A stretch of 49,746 nucleotides of DNA from Octopus sinensis (GCF_006345805.1 NW_021834320.1:1-49746); one strand, 5' to 3'. Positions 24,656 through 37,392 are shown, counted from the first letter of the stretch. Program-made: numbers and translations. The notes: a model not told the origin generated them from the letters alone.

Positions 24656-25834
24656 ATGATAATAATAATAATAATAATAATAGTAATAATAATAAAACAA
24701 TTACTATTTTTATTATCTCTCATAAAATTACAAAATCATCAATATATACAGCAATATAATGGTGTAGTAAGAGAGCCTTTTTTCAAAGATTTCTTTCTTT
24801 AAAATAGAATTTGCTAATAATAAATAAAAATAGCTATTCAGACACCAGAATATTTCAATGAACTAGATCATGGTAAATGAGGACAAGGAAACGTCTGAAC
24901 AATTAATCAATTTAATAGCTTTCCTAAGTAATATTCAGTTGTGTAAATAAGCAACAGTGTGGTATAAGCAAATATAAACCACCTGAAAGTAGTATGTGGC
25001 CAAGGTGATTCAAAGTTTACCAACTGGAAAGCTTGTATTAAGAGCATTGCATTGTTACTATGGTAACACAATCCACTAAAAAGAACAGAATGTAAGAAAA
25101 TCTGTGATAGTTTGCATTTGAAAAATTCATTTGGTAAAGTTTTGAAAATTAGGATAAGTACATAAGCTTCAGGAAAACAAGAATATTAGTGTTATGAATC
25201 AAGCTCTTCTTTAGAGAGAAAATTTTTATGATAGAAGTATTAACAGGAGGTCAGGAACAATAGTGAAGAGTAAAGAGCAGTGGAGGAAGGACAATGGTGA
25301 GTTATAGGGACTAGAAGAAAATAAGTAACCTGGATGGAGCTAAAAGAAGGCTGCAACAGATTAAAAGGTGTTGTAAGTACTGACACTTTACAGAAATGTA
25401 GTTGGTTCCACAATCATGGGTTCCAGGATCAGTACTATGGCATGACATCTTGGACAGCTGTCTTGTATCATAACCTGGAGAGTGACATTTTGTAGATGGA
25501 AATTGTAGAAGGTGCTGGCCTGTGGATGCATGTGCATTTGCGTGTGTGCATGTGTGTATTATGTATGTATACCCACCAACCTAGCCAAAGCACACACATA
25601 TATATTAATGAAGTGTGCAGTATTATATATCTGTCACAGTCAATCTTATTGGTTTCGTGCAAAGGGTACAATGGAGTGTTAGGTAACAATCTGATTATAT
25701 AACCCTATGCTCATCAGAGGTAGCCGATATGGAATGAAATATATATACATATATATACATGTGTCTTTTACTAGAGCATTGGGCCAACCAAAGCCTTTGG
25801 GGGGATTTGGTAGACGGAAACTGAAAGAAGCCTG

Positions 25835-25879
<45 letters not shown>

Positions 25880-25885
<6 letters not shown>

Positions 25886-27036
25886 GTCATCCCATAAGTT
25901 CTGTCTGATTTTACCTTTTTTAAAATTGAATGAAATTTAATAGTATTTTAGAATGTCTAATGGAATTAAAAATTATTTTTATGTATTTGTGTACATTTAA
26001 ACTAATTAAATATTATTTTACAGAATAATAGAATTAAAATTTCTTTGATTAAAACCCTTTCTAACATGGAAGTTTCCAAAGAGCATTTGAGGCACATAAT
26101 GCTTTATAAGTACAAAAAAGAAACTCTGCAGCTGAAGCGACTCAAAACATACATTTAATTTATGGGAAAGAATGCTTGAATGAAAGAACTTGCAGAAGAT
26201 GGTTTGCAAAATTCAGAAGTGGAGATTGCAGCCTTGAAGATGAAGATAGAACAAGACGTCCAGTTGAGTTTGATGATAAGCTCCTTAAGGCATTACTTGA
26301 AGAAAATCCTGCATTATCAATTAAAGAATTGGCAATAAAGCTTAGTTCAAACCATACAACTGTTCATCGTCATCTTCAACAACTTGGAAAGGTTCCTAAA
26401 CTTGGAAAATGGGTGCCTCATGAATTGTCCAAAAGCAACCACAAATACCGAGTTGACATCTGCTCTTCTCTCCATTCTCGCGAACTCATTTCACCCTTTT
26501 TGGATAGACTTGTGACTGGTGATGAAAAATGGATCTTCTATTGAAATGTTAACTGTCATAAACAGTGGCTTGGTAAAATGGAAACAGCTCAATCACAACC
26601 GAGAAGGGAACTTCATGGGAAAAACGTTCTTCTCTCTATCTGGCAGGATTGAAAGGAGTAATTCACTTTGAATTGTTACCACTTAATGCAACAATCAATG
26701 CTCATGTCTACTGTCAGCAATTAGAGCATTTGAACCAAGCTTTGAAGAAAAAAAGACCCGATTTAGTGAATCGAAAATGAGTGATGTTTCATCAGGACAA
26801 TACACAACCCCACACTGCAAAGATCACATCACAGAAGATCGAACAGCTTGGTTGGGAAAAAATTCCTCATCCACCTTATTCTCCCAACCTTGCTCCTTGA
26901 GACTATCATTTGTTTTGTAGTTTACAGAATCATTTGGGGGACATAACTTTCGCAAGCCAGGAGGAGGTCAAAACTGACATTTCAGAGTTCTTCACTTTGA
27001 AACCAAGAGTTTTATATTGATGGGATTAAAAAGCTT
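25880..27036 (+). mobile_element. Mariner transposon relic, left TIR present and right end missing
   Basis: Starts after (TA)n with tcaggtcatcccataagttctg. Peptides RTCRRWFAKFRSGD, WVPHEL, TGDEKW, HQDN and HPPYSPNLAP with stops and frameshifts. Confidence 0.92.
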
Positions 27037-27238
27037 GTGTCTGTGTTTGTCCATACACCATTTGACAACTGATGTTGGTATGTTTACAGCCCTGTAACTT
27101 AGCAGTTTGGCAAAAGAGAGCGATAAGATAAATATTCAGTGTACAAAGAATAAGTCCTTAGGTCGATTTCTTCAACTAAAACCCTTTAAGGTGGTGTTCC
27201 AGCATGGCCGTAGTCAAATGACTGAGACAGGTAAAAGA

Positions 27239-27240
<2 letters not shown>
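27037..27240 (+). mobile_element. SINE family A, 3' half (its 5' half is at about 25760-25838)
   Basis: gtgtctgtgtttgtcc...tgacaactgatgttgg...ccagcatggccgtagtcaaatgactgagac. The upstream half reads gggccaaccaaagcc...tagacggaaactgaaagaagcc. Confidence 0.8.
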
Positions 27241-27294
<54 letters not shown>

Positions 27295-27464
27295 CAAAGT
27301 GAGATAGGGGTTGTGAGTGTAACCCACTACTTATTTTTGTAATTTTTTATTATTTTTTATTTACTGGCACTTATTAATTTATAATTTATAATTTATTATA
27401 ACATATATTTGTATATGTATATATGTTCATTTGTATATGCATATGCACGAATGTATGTATATGT

Positions 27465-28279
27465 AAAGCTGTAGGCATGCATGTATATCTGTACTTCCGA
27501 ATGTGCATGTAGGTATGTCCACGTATGTTTATGTGTATATTTATATATATATGTTCATTAGTGTGTATGTGTGTATATGTATATATATATATGCAGATAT
27601 ATGTTGGTGTAGTTTTCCATACCTGTATATATATGTTTTAAGTGTATGTGTTTGTGTTGTTTAAATTGTGTATGTGCGTGTACATAGGGATATGTATCCA
27701 TATCTATTTATGGTGTGTATTTGTATGTAGGAGGATATATAGGTATGTCTATTCTAATAGGGTATATATAGTACTTGAATGTATGTATACCTGTATATAT
27801 GTATAGATGTGAGATATATATTAAATTTTTTTTTTTATATATATGTACGTGGCTATATATATATATTAAATTTATGTTTAAAAGTGTATATCTGTTACTT
27901 ATATGTATATTTATGTGTAGATATATAGGTATACGAATGCGTATGTATGAATCTTTGTATAAAGGTTCTTGTCGGTGTATAACAAATAAGCATGTATACG
28001 CCGACAAGATATATAAAATATTTTATAACATTTGTTAAATTACATATTATAGGGGTACATAGATGTAATAATGAAAAACTCCAGTCTCTTTTTAAATAAT
28101 AACCTTATATTTGTTTTAGTATATAGATGTATGAATTGCTTGGATAAAGTTTATATAGAGTTAAAGCTGTGGGCATGCATGTATATATGTACTTTTGACT
28201 GTGCATGTATGTGTGTCTGCGTACGTTTATATGTATATTTATATATGTTTATGGGTGGATATGCGTATGTGTGTGTATA

Positions 28280-28325
<46 letters not shown>

Positions 28326-28340
28326 ATATTATATATATAT
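27465..28340. repeat. AT-rich ~700-bp tandem unit (copy 1 and start of copy 2)
   Basis: aagctgtaggcatgc at 27465 recurs at about 28165. The body ttggtgtagttttccatacctg... recurs at 32886. Confidence 0.75.
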
Positions 28341-28344
28341 ATAT

Positions 28345-31300
28345 CATCATCATCATCATCATTTAGCATCCGCTTTCCATGCTAGCATGGGTTGGACAGT
28401 TCAACTGGGGTCTGTGAAGCCAGGAGGCTGCATCAGGCCCAGTCTGATCTGGCAGTGTTTCTACGGCTGGATGCCCTTCCTAACGCCAACCACTCCGTGA
28501 GTGTAGTGGGTGCTTTTTACGTGCCAACTGCACAGGTGCCAGACAGAGCTGGCAAACGGCCACGGACAGATGGTGCTTTTTACGTGCTACCGGCACAGGG
28601 GCCAGGCGAGGCTGGCAATGACCACGAACAGATGGTGCTTTTTACGTGCCACCGGCACGGAGGCCAGTTGGGGCGGCGCTGGCAACGGCCACGATCGGAT
28701 GGTTCGCTTACTTGTCACCGGCACTGGTATCACAGCTGCAATTTCCATTGATGCTGATCGACTTCGATTTTAGTTCTGCTTTCTGATATCTGATTTGATT
28801 TGGTTTGATTTTGATTTTGATTTTGATTTTCACTTGCCTCAATGGGTCTTGACAAGTGGAGTTTTGTGTCCCAAGAAGGAAAGGTATGTATAAGTCGACT
28901 GGCTACATACCAGGTAGAGGCCACAGGTTATGGTCTCACTAGTCTTGCTGGGTCTTCTCACGCACAGCATACTTCCATCGGTCTCAGTCTCTAGTCATTT
29001 CCTTGGTGAGACCTAAAGTTCGAAGGTCGAGCTTCACCAACTCGTCCCAGGTTTTCCTGGGTCTACCTCTTCCACAGGTTCCCTCAACCGCTAGGGTGTG
29101 GCACTTTTGCACACAACTATCTTCAGCCATTCTCGTCACATGACCATACCAGTGCAAACGTCTCTCTTGCACACCACAACTGATGCTTCTTAGGTCTAAC
29201 TTTTCTCTCAAGGTACTTACACTCTGTCGATTATGAACACTGACATTACACATCCATCGGAGCATACTGGCTTCATTTCTTGCGAGCTTATGCATATCCT
29301 CAGCAGTCACAGCCCATGTTTCACTACCATGTAGCATGGCTGTTTGTACACATGCATCATACAGTCTGCCTTTTACTCTGAGCGAGAGGCCTTTTGTCAC
29401 CAGCAGGGGTAAGAGCTCTCTGAACTTTGCCCAGGCTATTCTTACTCTAGCAGTTACACTTTCAACACACCCATCCCTGCTACTGACTTGGTCACCTAGG
29501 TAGCGGAAGCTATCAAATACTTCTAGTTTTTCTCCCTGGAACGTGGTAGAAGTTGGTCTCTGCACATTTTCAGTGTTTATTGCTCCTGAGCATCTGCCAC
29601 AGACAAAAACTATTTTCCTAGTTAGCCTTCCTGTGACATTGCTGCACCTCTTATGTGTCCATAGCTTACACTTGGTGCGCCTTATAGAGTTTCTACCTAC
29701 ACCTTTTTTACAGATCGAGCAAGGCCATCTACCTGAAGGTGTTTGTGATTGGTCTACCTTCCTACTTATTAAGACTTTGGTTTCAGCTAGGTTACTCTAA
29801 GGCACTTTGATTCTAATCCTTGCTTCCACACTTGAAACTTCTTCTCCAGTTCTGATAGTGACTCAGCAATTAGAGCAAGGTCATCAGCATAGAGGAGCTA
29901 CCAGGGGCATCCTGTCTTGAATTCCTCCGTTATTGCCTGGAGGACTATGATAAATAGGAGGGGACTGAGGACTGAACCCTGGTGGACCCCAACCTCTACC
30001 CGGAATTCTTCACTGTACTCGTTGCCAACCCTCACCTTACTAGCAGCGTCTCTGTACATGGCTCGCACAGCTCTCACTAACCATTCATCTATCCCTAGTT
30101 TCCTCATTGACCACCAGATAAGGGATCGGGGAACCCTGTTGAAGGCTTTCTCCATGTCAACAAAAGCCAGGTACAGGGGCTTATCTTTGGCTAGGTATTT
30201 CTCCTGCAGCTGTCATACTAGGAATATAGCATCAGTAATACTTTTCCCTGGCACGAACCCAAACTGCATCTCATCTAAGCTAACTCTCTCTCTAATTAGT
30301 TGGGCTATAACCCTCTCTGTAACCTTCATTACCTGATCCAGCAGCTTGATACCCCTATAGTTATTTGTATCTAGGGCGTCACCTTTACCTTTGTAGCAAT
30401 TGACTATTATGCTGCTACACCAGTCATTGGGAATGACTCCTTCATGTATACCCCCTTCTATTTCGTTAACTATACGGGTGACTAGGCTATAGCCTACACT
30501 ATCAGATATTTTGAGCATCTCTGCAGTAATTCCTGATGGGCCTGGGGCTTTCCCTGTTTTTATGCTTGTAATTGCCTTAACTACTAAGGAACTGTCAACT
30601 CGGATAGCTGGTCCCTCTGTTGGGTCGACATTCGGCAGACTCTCTTTATCCCATTGATTTTCCTCATTCAGCAACCTTTCATAGTGGCATCTCCAAACCT
30701 CTCTCTTTGCATCGTCATTTAGCGCAAGTGAACCGTCATCCTTGCGAACACATTTCTCTCCTACCACATCACGATTCTCTCTCACACACTGTCTTGCAAC
30801 ACGAAATACCTCAAGTCTTTCATCCTCACGGCACAGAACATTGGCAAAAATGTTCTTATCTGCTTCCCCTCTGGCTAAATACACCTGCCTCCTAGCTTCC
30901 CTTCTGGCAGTCTGATACACCTCCCTGCTACCACTATTCTTCCAGTCCTTCCAAGCCTGTTTCTTTTGTCTAATAGCCCTGTCAACAATATTGTTCCACC
31001 ACCACGTTATTTTGGATCTTCAGTGGACTTTGCACCAGCCACAGATCTGGTCAGTGGCTTTCAGCAGGTTGTCCCTTAAAAGTGTTCAGTTGTCTTCTAC
31101 CCCATGTGTAGCTATACCCCCTTCTATTTCGTCAAAGGCTTCAAGTAACATGTCTCTAAATCTCTGTCCATTTGCAGGATCTTTAAGCTTCCAGACCCTT
31201 CTTCTCCATGTTGGTCGTCTTCTAGTCGTCTTCTTAGTCCTGATCCTAAAGTCACTAACTATCAGTCTATGTTGTGGGGTACATTCTTCGCCTGGGAAGG

Positions 31301-32870
31301 TTTTGGCATTTATAAGCAGCTAACTTTCCCTTTTTCTGGCAAGGATGTAGTCGATTTGGCTAGTATGCCGGCCCAATCGGTAGGTGACCAGGTGGCTTGT
31401 CGGTTTCCTGAAGCTAGTGTTGCAAACCATAAGACTATTCGCATCGCAGAACTCCAGCAGCCTGGTTCCCTCCTCGTTGCGGGAACCATAACTGTAGCCT
31501 CCATGTACGCCATGGAAGCCCCCAGCATGTCGTCCAACATGCCCATTGAAGTCACCAGCCACAAAGAGAAGGTCCCTGACGTTCGTCAATGAGGTGGTCT
31601 GCAGTAGGGTGTCATAGAAACGGTCTTTCTGTCCATCGGGTAGCCCTGGCTGAGGGGCATAAGCCGATATAATGGTTGCTAAACTATGATAAAGCACTAA
31701 TCTAATTTTAAGTATTCTGTCGCATACTCTGATTACCTTATCTACCCATTTTTCGGCGATAAATATACCCACACCCCCGACCCCGTCAGTATTCCCAGCC
31801 CAGAAAATCTTGCACCTGTGTTCTTTGCCTGTGAGGAACCTAGCAGAACCTCCTCTCCACCTCACTTCTTGAATGCAGCATATATCAACACACCTCCATT
31901 CAAGCAGTTCAACGATCTCGCCAAACCTGCCTTTCAGTGTGCCAACGTTGAGGGTGCCAACCCTGAGGGTGTGGGAGGTATTGGCCCTAGTAGCTTCATG
32001 AACCTGAAAAGAAAACTCGCGTTTGGCAGGATTCATAGACAAACAATAAAACTCACGTTCAAACCGCGTACACTACACTAACATATTTTGCAATGAATGA
32101 CCACTACCTTTTATGGAAGGAGGTGGGGGTGGCGTAAAACTTTGAAGTGTACATGGGAGACAACAAGGATGAGAAAATTTAGGACTTCCTGTAACGGTGG
32201 AGGAGTGGGAGGGCGGGTGCACCGCGAAAACTAGCAGAAATATTTCTGGTAGGTACGGGCTGAATTAAATTAATATTGCTTAGCTGGAATTCATTTTTCG
32301 GACGAAGTTGACAACAACAGTTTGAATCAAAAAGTGAGACCGCTATAATTCAGGCGCTAGTGTATATGCATATAGGGTGGTGGTGAAGGGAAGTGGGAGG
32401 TCGAGTGGCGATCAAAAGAGATAGAAAGACAATGTGAAGAGATGGAGATAGAGAAAAACATATCGAGAGGGGGAGGTTCGCGGCCCGCGAAAACTAGCAG
32501 CCATGTAGGGGCGCCTCTCATTTCTTGGAAAAGGAATACTTATTAGTAGGTATAAAATACCTAAATTTGAGAGAGAGATATTTTGCAGATTTATGGGAGA
32601 TACGTGAGCTAAATTTATCTTAGACATCGATAAGTAAGGAGCTATAAAATTATAAATATATTTATTCTATATTTAACGAGACGTGAGGCTGATCGATAAA
32701 ATTAGGGGGCGAGCTATAGGATTATATATATATTTAACACAAGACATGAGACATCGATATATTGAGATGAACTATAGAATTATATATATATATATAACAC
32801 GAGGCGTGAGGCTGAAATAGAAAGAGTAAAAGTCATAACATAATAGAGATAAACAGGGATAACTAAAGAT
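28345..32870 (-). mobile_element. Probably full-length RTE-clade LINE (APE + RT), inactivated by stops
   Basis: ORF pieces 32042-31320 (LRVGTLNV, CIQEVRW, GDFNGHVG, IDY), 30920-30213 (KAPGPSGI, YRGIKLL), 30155-29898 (KAFNRVPR, GVHQGSVLSP, then stop and LLYADDL) and 29565-28984. (GAT)n 3' tail at 28345. The 5' limit is inferred from resumption of the interrupted host repeat. Confidence 0.92.
28508..28727. repeat. Four degenerate ~62-67-bp tandem units in the RTE 3' UTR
   Basis: ggtgctttttacgtgcc...ctggcaa...ccacg..cagat is repeated; the fourth unit is partial. Confidence 0.8.
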
Positions 32871-32875
32871 CAATA

Positions 32876-33500
32876 TATATATATATTGGTGTAGTTTTCC
32901 ATACCTGTGTATATATATGTTTTAAGTGTATGTGTATGTGTTGTGGAAGTTGTGTATTTACATGTACATATGGATGTATATCCATATCTATTTATGGAGT
33001 ATATTTGTATGTAGGAGGATATATAGGTATGTCTAATCTAATAGGTTATATATAGGTACTTGAGTGTATGTATAGCTATATATATATATATATTAAATTT
33101 AAGTTTATAGGTGTATATCTGTTACTTATATGTATATTTATGTGTCGGTATATGGGTATGCAAGTACATATGTATGAGTCTATGTATAAATGTTCTTGTC
33201 GGTGTATATTAAAAATAAGCATGTATACACTGACAGGATATAAATTACATAACCTTTGATAAATTATAAATGAAGTACCCCTAATCACGATTTATAATTT
33301 ATCATTATCATCATCATCATCGTTTAACGTCCGCTTTCCATGCTAGCGGACATTAAACGATGATGATGATGATGATGAAGTAACCCTATGTAATAATGAA
33401 TAACTCCGGTTTCATATTAAATAACAACCTTATATTTGTTTTGTATATGGATGTATAAATTGCTAGGATAAAGTTTATACAGAATTATAATTTGAGCAAA
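32876..33500. repeat. Remainder of the ~700-bp AT-rich unit, copy 2
   Basis: Colinear with 27595-28165, roughly 85 percent similar by eye. Confidence 0.75.
33301..33378. repeat. Fold-back (hairpin) built from two inverted RTE 3' tails
   Basis: (tca)n tcgtttaacgtccgc tttccatgcta gcggacattaaacga (tga)n; arms about 30 bp with one mismatch in the non-repetitive core. Confidence 0.85.
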
Positions 33501-33581
33501 CTCATACTGGTAGATATTGATATATGGTCAGATACTTAATATTTTGGTTTTATTACGGTATTACACGGTGAATTTTAAATT

Positions 33582-33987
33582 ACTCTTTACTCTTTTACTC
33601 TTTTACTTGTTTCAGTCATTTGACTGCGGCCATGCTGGAGCACCACCTTTAATCGAGCAACTCAATCCCGGGACTTATTCTTTTGTAAGCCCAGTACTTA
33701 TTCTATCGGTCTCTTTTGCCGAACCGCTAAGTAACGGGGACATAAATACACCAGCATCGGTTGTCAAGCAATGCTACGGGGACAAACACAGACACACACA
33801 CACTCATATATATATACATATATACGACGGGCTTCTTTCAGTTTCCGTCTACCAAATCCACTCACAGGGCTTTGGTCGGCCCGAGGCTATAGTAGAAGAC
33901 ACTTGCCCAAGGTGCTACACAGTGGGACTGAACCCGGAACCATGTGGTTGGTAAACAAGCTACTTACCACACAGCCACTCCTGCACC
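33582..33987 (-). mobile_element. SINE family A, intact copy (tRNA-like head, central microsatellite, (AGTAAA)n-like tail)
   Basis: Minus-strand head ggtgcaggagtggctgtgtggtaag...gggttcagtccc (A and B boxes), then gcaccttgggcaagtgtctt (resembles the CORE-SINE core) and a repeated tail. Confidence 0.9.
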
Positions 33988-34240
33988 TACTGTAAATAAC
34001 TTACTTTTTCTTTACCCTAGTTGTTGTCAAATGTGTTTGCTTAGTTTCTATCTCTTTTGTAAGCTTTATCTGAACATTTTCCAACCTTTGCCTAATATAA
34101 ATCCTAACGTTTTCTACCCCTTTTAGGCTCCTTTTTTTTATACATTACGAATTACCCTTCCAACCTTTTTTGATGTATTAAGAATTAGTAATATCTTCAT
34201 TTTAATGATTCATAATACTATTTTTTTAGTTATTAGTATG

Positions 34241-34269
<29 letters not shown>

Positions 34270-34288
<19 letters not shown>

Positions 34289-35615
34289 GTGTGTGTACGT
34301 GGTGGTTTATGGATTTATGTATATATATTTATATATTGATATATATGTATGTAGTTTTGTATGTACGTATGTTTGTATGTATGAAAGTTTGTATTTTCGT
34401 GCTTATGTTTATCTATGTGTGCGTGTGTATGTGCGCATATATGTGTGTATGTATGTAAATGTATCTTAACCAACCAACCGTAACTAAAACAATTGAAATT
34501 CATATGTGCCAACCAATTGAATTGAGCTTTAAATTTTAAATTATCTACCAGCCTGCTAAGAACTATCAATCACCGTTCGAACTGCGATCTGTATGTATAT
34601 ACATGCATAGTTTGGTTATTTTGTATGATGTAAAAGAATAATTTCTCTTCATATATGTATTTGTATTAATGGATGCTGTTGCACATGTATGTATATGCAA
34701 GTACATGTTAGTTGGTACTTGTGTGTATATATATGTATGTAGATTTATACTAATTTGTCATTTTTAGCTGTATAATGTATACTTATAATGGTATGGTATA
34801 TTGTGACATTACACATTATTTTGGCATTATTTTATTTTATTTTATTTTATTGAATATATCATATTGAATTAAGTAATTTACTGGCGTGCTATACTGTATT
34901 GTATTATATTATGCTGATGCTGTATTTTATGTGGTATTTTCCATCTACTATGTATTGTGAATAGCTGAATGCACATATTCTTTTACTGGTATTATTAATA
35001 ATAATAATATTAATAGCCTTTTATAATATAATGCAATGAACTCTGGACTTTGTATATGTACACTTTCATGTGGATATGTGTATGTATATTCTAGTATATT
35101 GATTTGACTAACTGTAACCTGATGTGTATGTATATTATTATGTATATGCAGGTGTATATGCACTTATATGTATATGTATATATACTTATTCTTGTACCTT
35201 CTCTAATATATACTTATTCTTGTACCTTCTCTAATATTCATATTTGCACTTTATATCTTCATTTTATACCTCTATAATTTTATTCCTCTATAATTGTACT
35301 TTATAATCTCTGATAAGGCCTTGAGATATATATATAAGTAACTCATTTATAACCGCATATTACCTTAATACATCTGACTTATATGAGCATAATGAGTTAC
35401 TCTTATCTACAGGCTGAAACAGCTGTAAGATCCATTTTATATTTATATGTATTGTTCTTATGGTATTATCTTACTCATTGATGTGTACTGTTTTATTCTG
35501 TATTATTCTGTTTGATCTGGATGTTCCTGAATAATTAGTTAATAAATTATATGAATTGGTATTATCTAGTAGTTGATGATTGATAGAAATCTATTCCTCC
35601 ATTTTCTTATTTTGT
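34270..35615 (+). repeat. Diverged ~1.3-kb AT-rich repeat carrying a hammerhead-like motif, copy 1
   Basis: Colinear blocks shared with 40180-41420: aaccaaccgtaa, gtatatgcact, gaaacagctgtaagat, ggtattatct.gtagttgat, tccattttcttattttgtat. Confidence 0.65.
35306..35431 (+). ncRNA. Hammerhead-like motif with long stem II (C3/A8 mismatch)
   Basis: auct CUGAUAA ggcc ...91 nt... ggcu GAAAC AGCU GUA agau. Stem I auct/agau; palindromic stem III ACAGCUGU. Confidence 0.6.
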
Positions 35616-35655
35616 ATATATATATATATATACATACACACACACACACACATAC

Positions 35656-36275
35656 ATACCAGGTGGTATCAAAAGGTTCCCAGACCACTTATGTTTACAA
35701 TGGCAACTTTTGAGTTGTGTTGCCTTTTCCTCTTGGGACTACATCTGTTGAATAGGGCAGGTGCGGAAGTGATACCATGATGTTTTTGGTGAGAAGATCA
35801 CAAGTGAGGAGAACTTGGTGATAGGGTGTGTTGTTGTTGAGAAGACTCCAATTCTTCACACTCCACAGATCTAGTCATTTTCATTGAATGTTCTCCCTCA
35901 AACACTTCAAAATGTCACAGCAGAACTCTTGATTGATGGTCTGGCCCTGGGAGACGAATTCTCAATGCACAATACCACATTTCTGAGGGTGATGCTTGTG
36001 ACAGATTTACCAGATCACTCATTGTCTTCCAGGGATGTTCTTCCATTTTTGAAGCACCTGTACCACTTGAAACATTGCACACGACTCATTACTACATCAG
36101 CATAAGCTTGCTGAAGTATGCTCAATGTTTCTGTAGCAGACTTCCCAAGTTTAATGCAAAATTTCACATTGACTTTTTGTTCCAACTTTCTGTCCGTGAC
36201 AAAATTGCAGACTACACCATCACAAAAACACAAATTTCACAACTTGCCAAGTAAACACAGTGATGTCACTAGGCA
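35656..36275 (-). mobile_element. Internally deleted mariner relic
   Basis: ORF 36233-36015 LEQKVNVKFCIKLGKSATETL..CFKWYRCFKNGRTSLEDNE (HTH N-terminus). TIR-like ggtggtatcaaaaggttcccagac at about 35662. Confidence 0.8.
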
Positions 36276-36829
36276 CTGAGGTTTCTGGTGATTTTCTGTG
36301 CTTGAGAAGACATCAAGCTAAGTGAAATCATGGCTATCCACATATACATGCATGTCATTTATGGCCATGCCTCACCTCATACACACATTATCTGACCTCC
36401 ATCAAAACTCCCCCATCTTCCCAACACAACACCTGCAGCAGGCCCCTCCCCCTCACTTGTCTCTCTCATGTGCCTATCTGCATACTCTCCATGCCCTCCT
36501 AGTCTTCCTTACTGCCCTCTCAGTCTTCTCTCCCGCCAATTTCCCTCACCATCATTGATGACACTCATGTATTCCCCATCTCTAAGGATATCTCCTCACA
36601 CTCTTATGGAACATCCCTCTCTATCCCCTCTGTACTCCTTATATCACCAGCCCACACCATTCACTGGGGGTAGGCCCCAATACATCTCCAACACTACCTC
36701 TGTTTTTCTCTCTAACTTTCTCCCACCTTCCTCCTCCCTTCTCTTTCATTGTCCTATCAGGGGGGACAAGTATCTCCTCTCCAGTAAGACAACTATCATA
36801 CTCTAACCTCTTGTCTGGCATACAGACAC

Positions 36830-37335
36830 TACCCTTAGTTCCATTCCTCCTCTCAACTAAGAGGTCTTTGTCTTGCAAGTTGCTTGACAACCCTTCTAGT
36901 GTTGATGTCACATAAAAAGTACCTGTGCTGGTGACACATAAAAGGCACCCAATACACTCTGTAAAGTGGTTGATATTAGGAAGGACATCCAGCCTTAGAA
37001 ACCATACCCAAAAAGACAACTAGAGCCTGGTGCAGCTCTCTAGGTTGTCACCTCCAGTCAAACTGTCCAACCCATACCAGTATGGAAAACAGATATTAAC
37101 CCTTTCGTAACTGTATTTATTTTGAGATGCTCTGTGTTTCTTTCAATTACTTTAAATATAACAAAGAATTTACTAAAATAACTTAGTTATCATTCAGCTG
37201 GTATTAAGGAACATAAATTGTGACTTAGGTTTCATGGAAGATTTTAATTCAAAACTTATGAAAACAAGCCATTTGTACTCAGAGCTGATTTCAGCTGGGT
37301 TGGTAATGAAAGGGTTAAATGATGATGAAGATGAT
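36830..37335 (+). mobile_element. RTE 3' end (or RTE-tailed SINE) interrupted by a MITE
   Basis: ttaggaaggacatccagcc...aactgtccaacccataccagtatggaaaacagata|TTAA...TTAA|atgatgatg; same tail as 28345-28500. Confidence 0.75.
37100..37314. mobile_element. piggyBac-type MITE (215 bp)
   Basis: TTAA at 37096-37099 and 37315-37318. Ends ccctttcgtaac / gtaatgaaaggg. Inverted homolog of 10831-11050. Confidence 0.85.
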
Positions 37336-37354
37336 ATATCTGTATTTATCTATC

Positions 37355-37392
<38 letters not shown>

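Noticed and set aside
33900-33987. tRNA gene-like A/B box heads (also 10350-10430 and 8915-8990)
   Set aside because: No complete cloverleaf; each continues into a SINE body.
34440-34569. Similar peptides in minus-strand ORFs 34315-34569 and 40268-40552 (WLxHxNxNCxxYGWxV)
   Set aside because: Explained by nucleotide homology of the two 1.3-kb repeat copies; there are indels, no splice signals and no recognisable domain.
36390-36830. C-rich stretch resembling the Penelope fragment at 2060-2390
   Set aside because: Similarity is mostly compositional and no diagnostic motif could be read.
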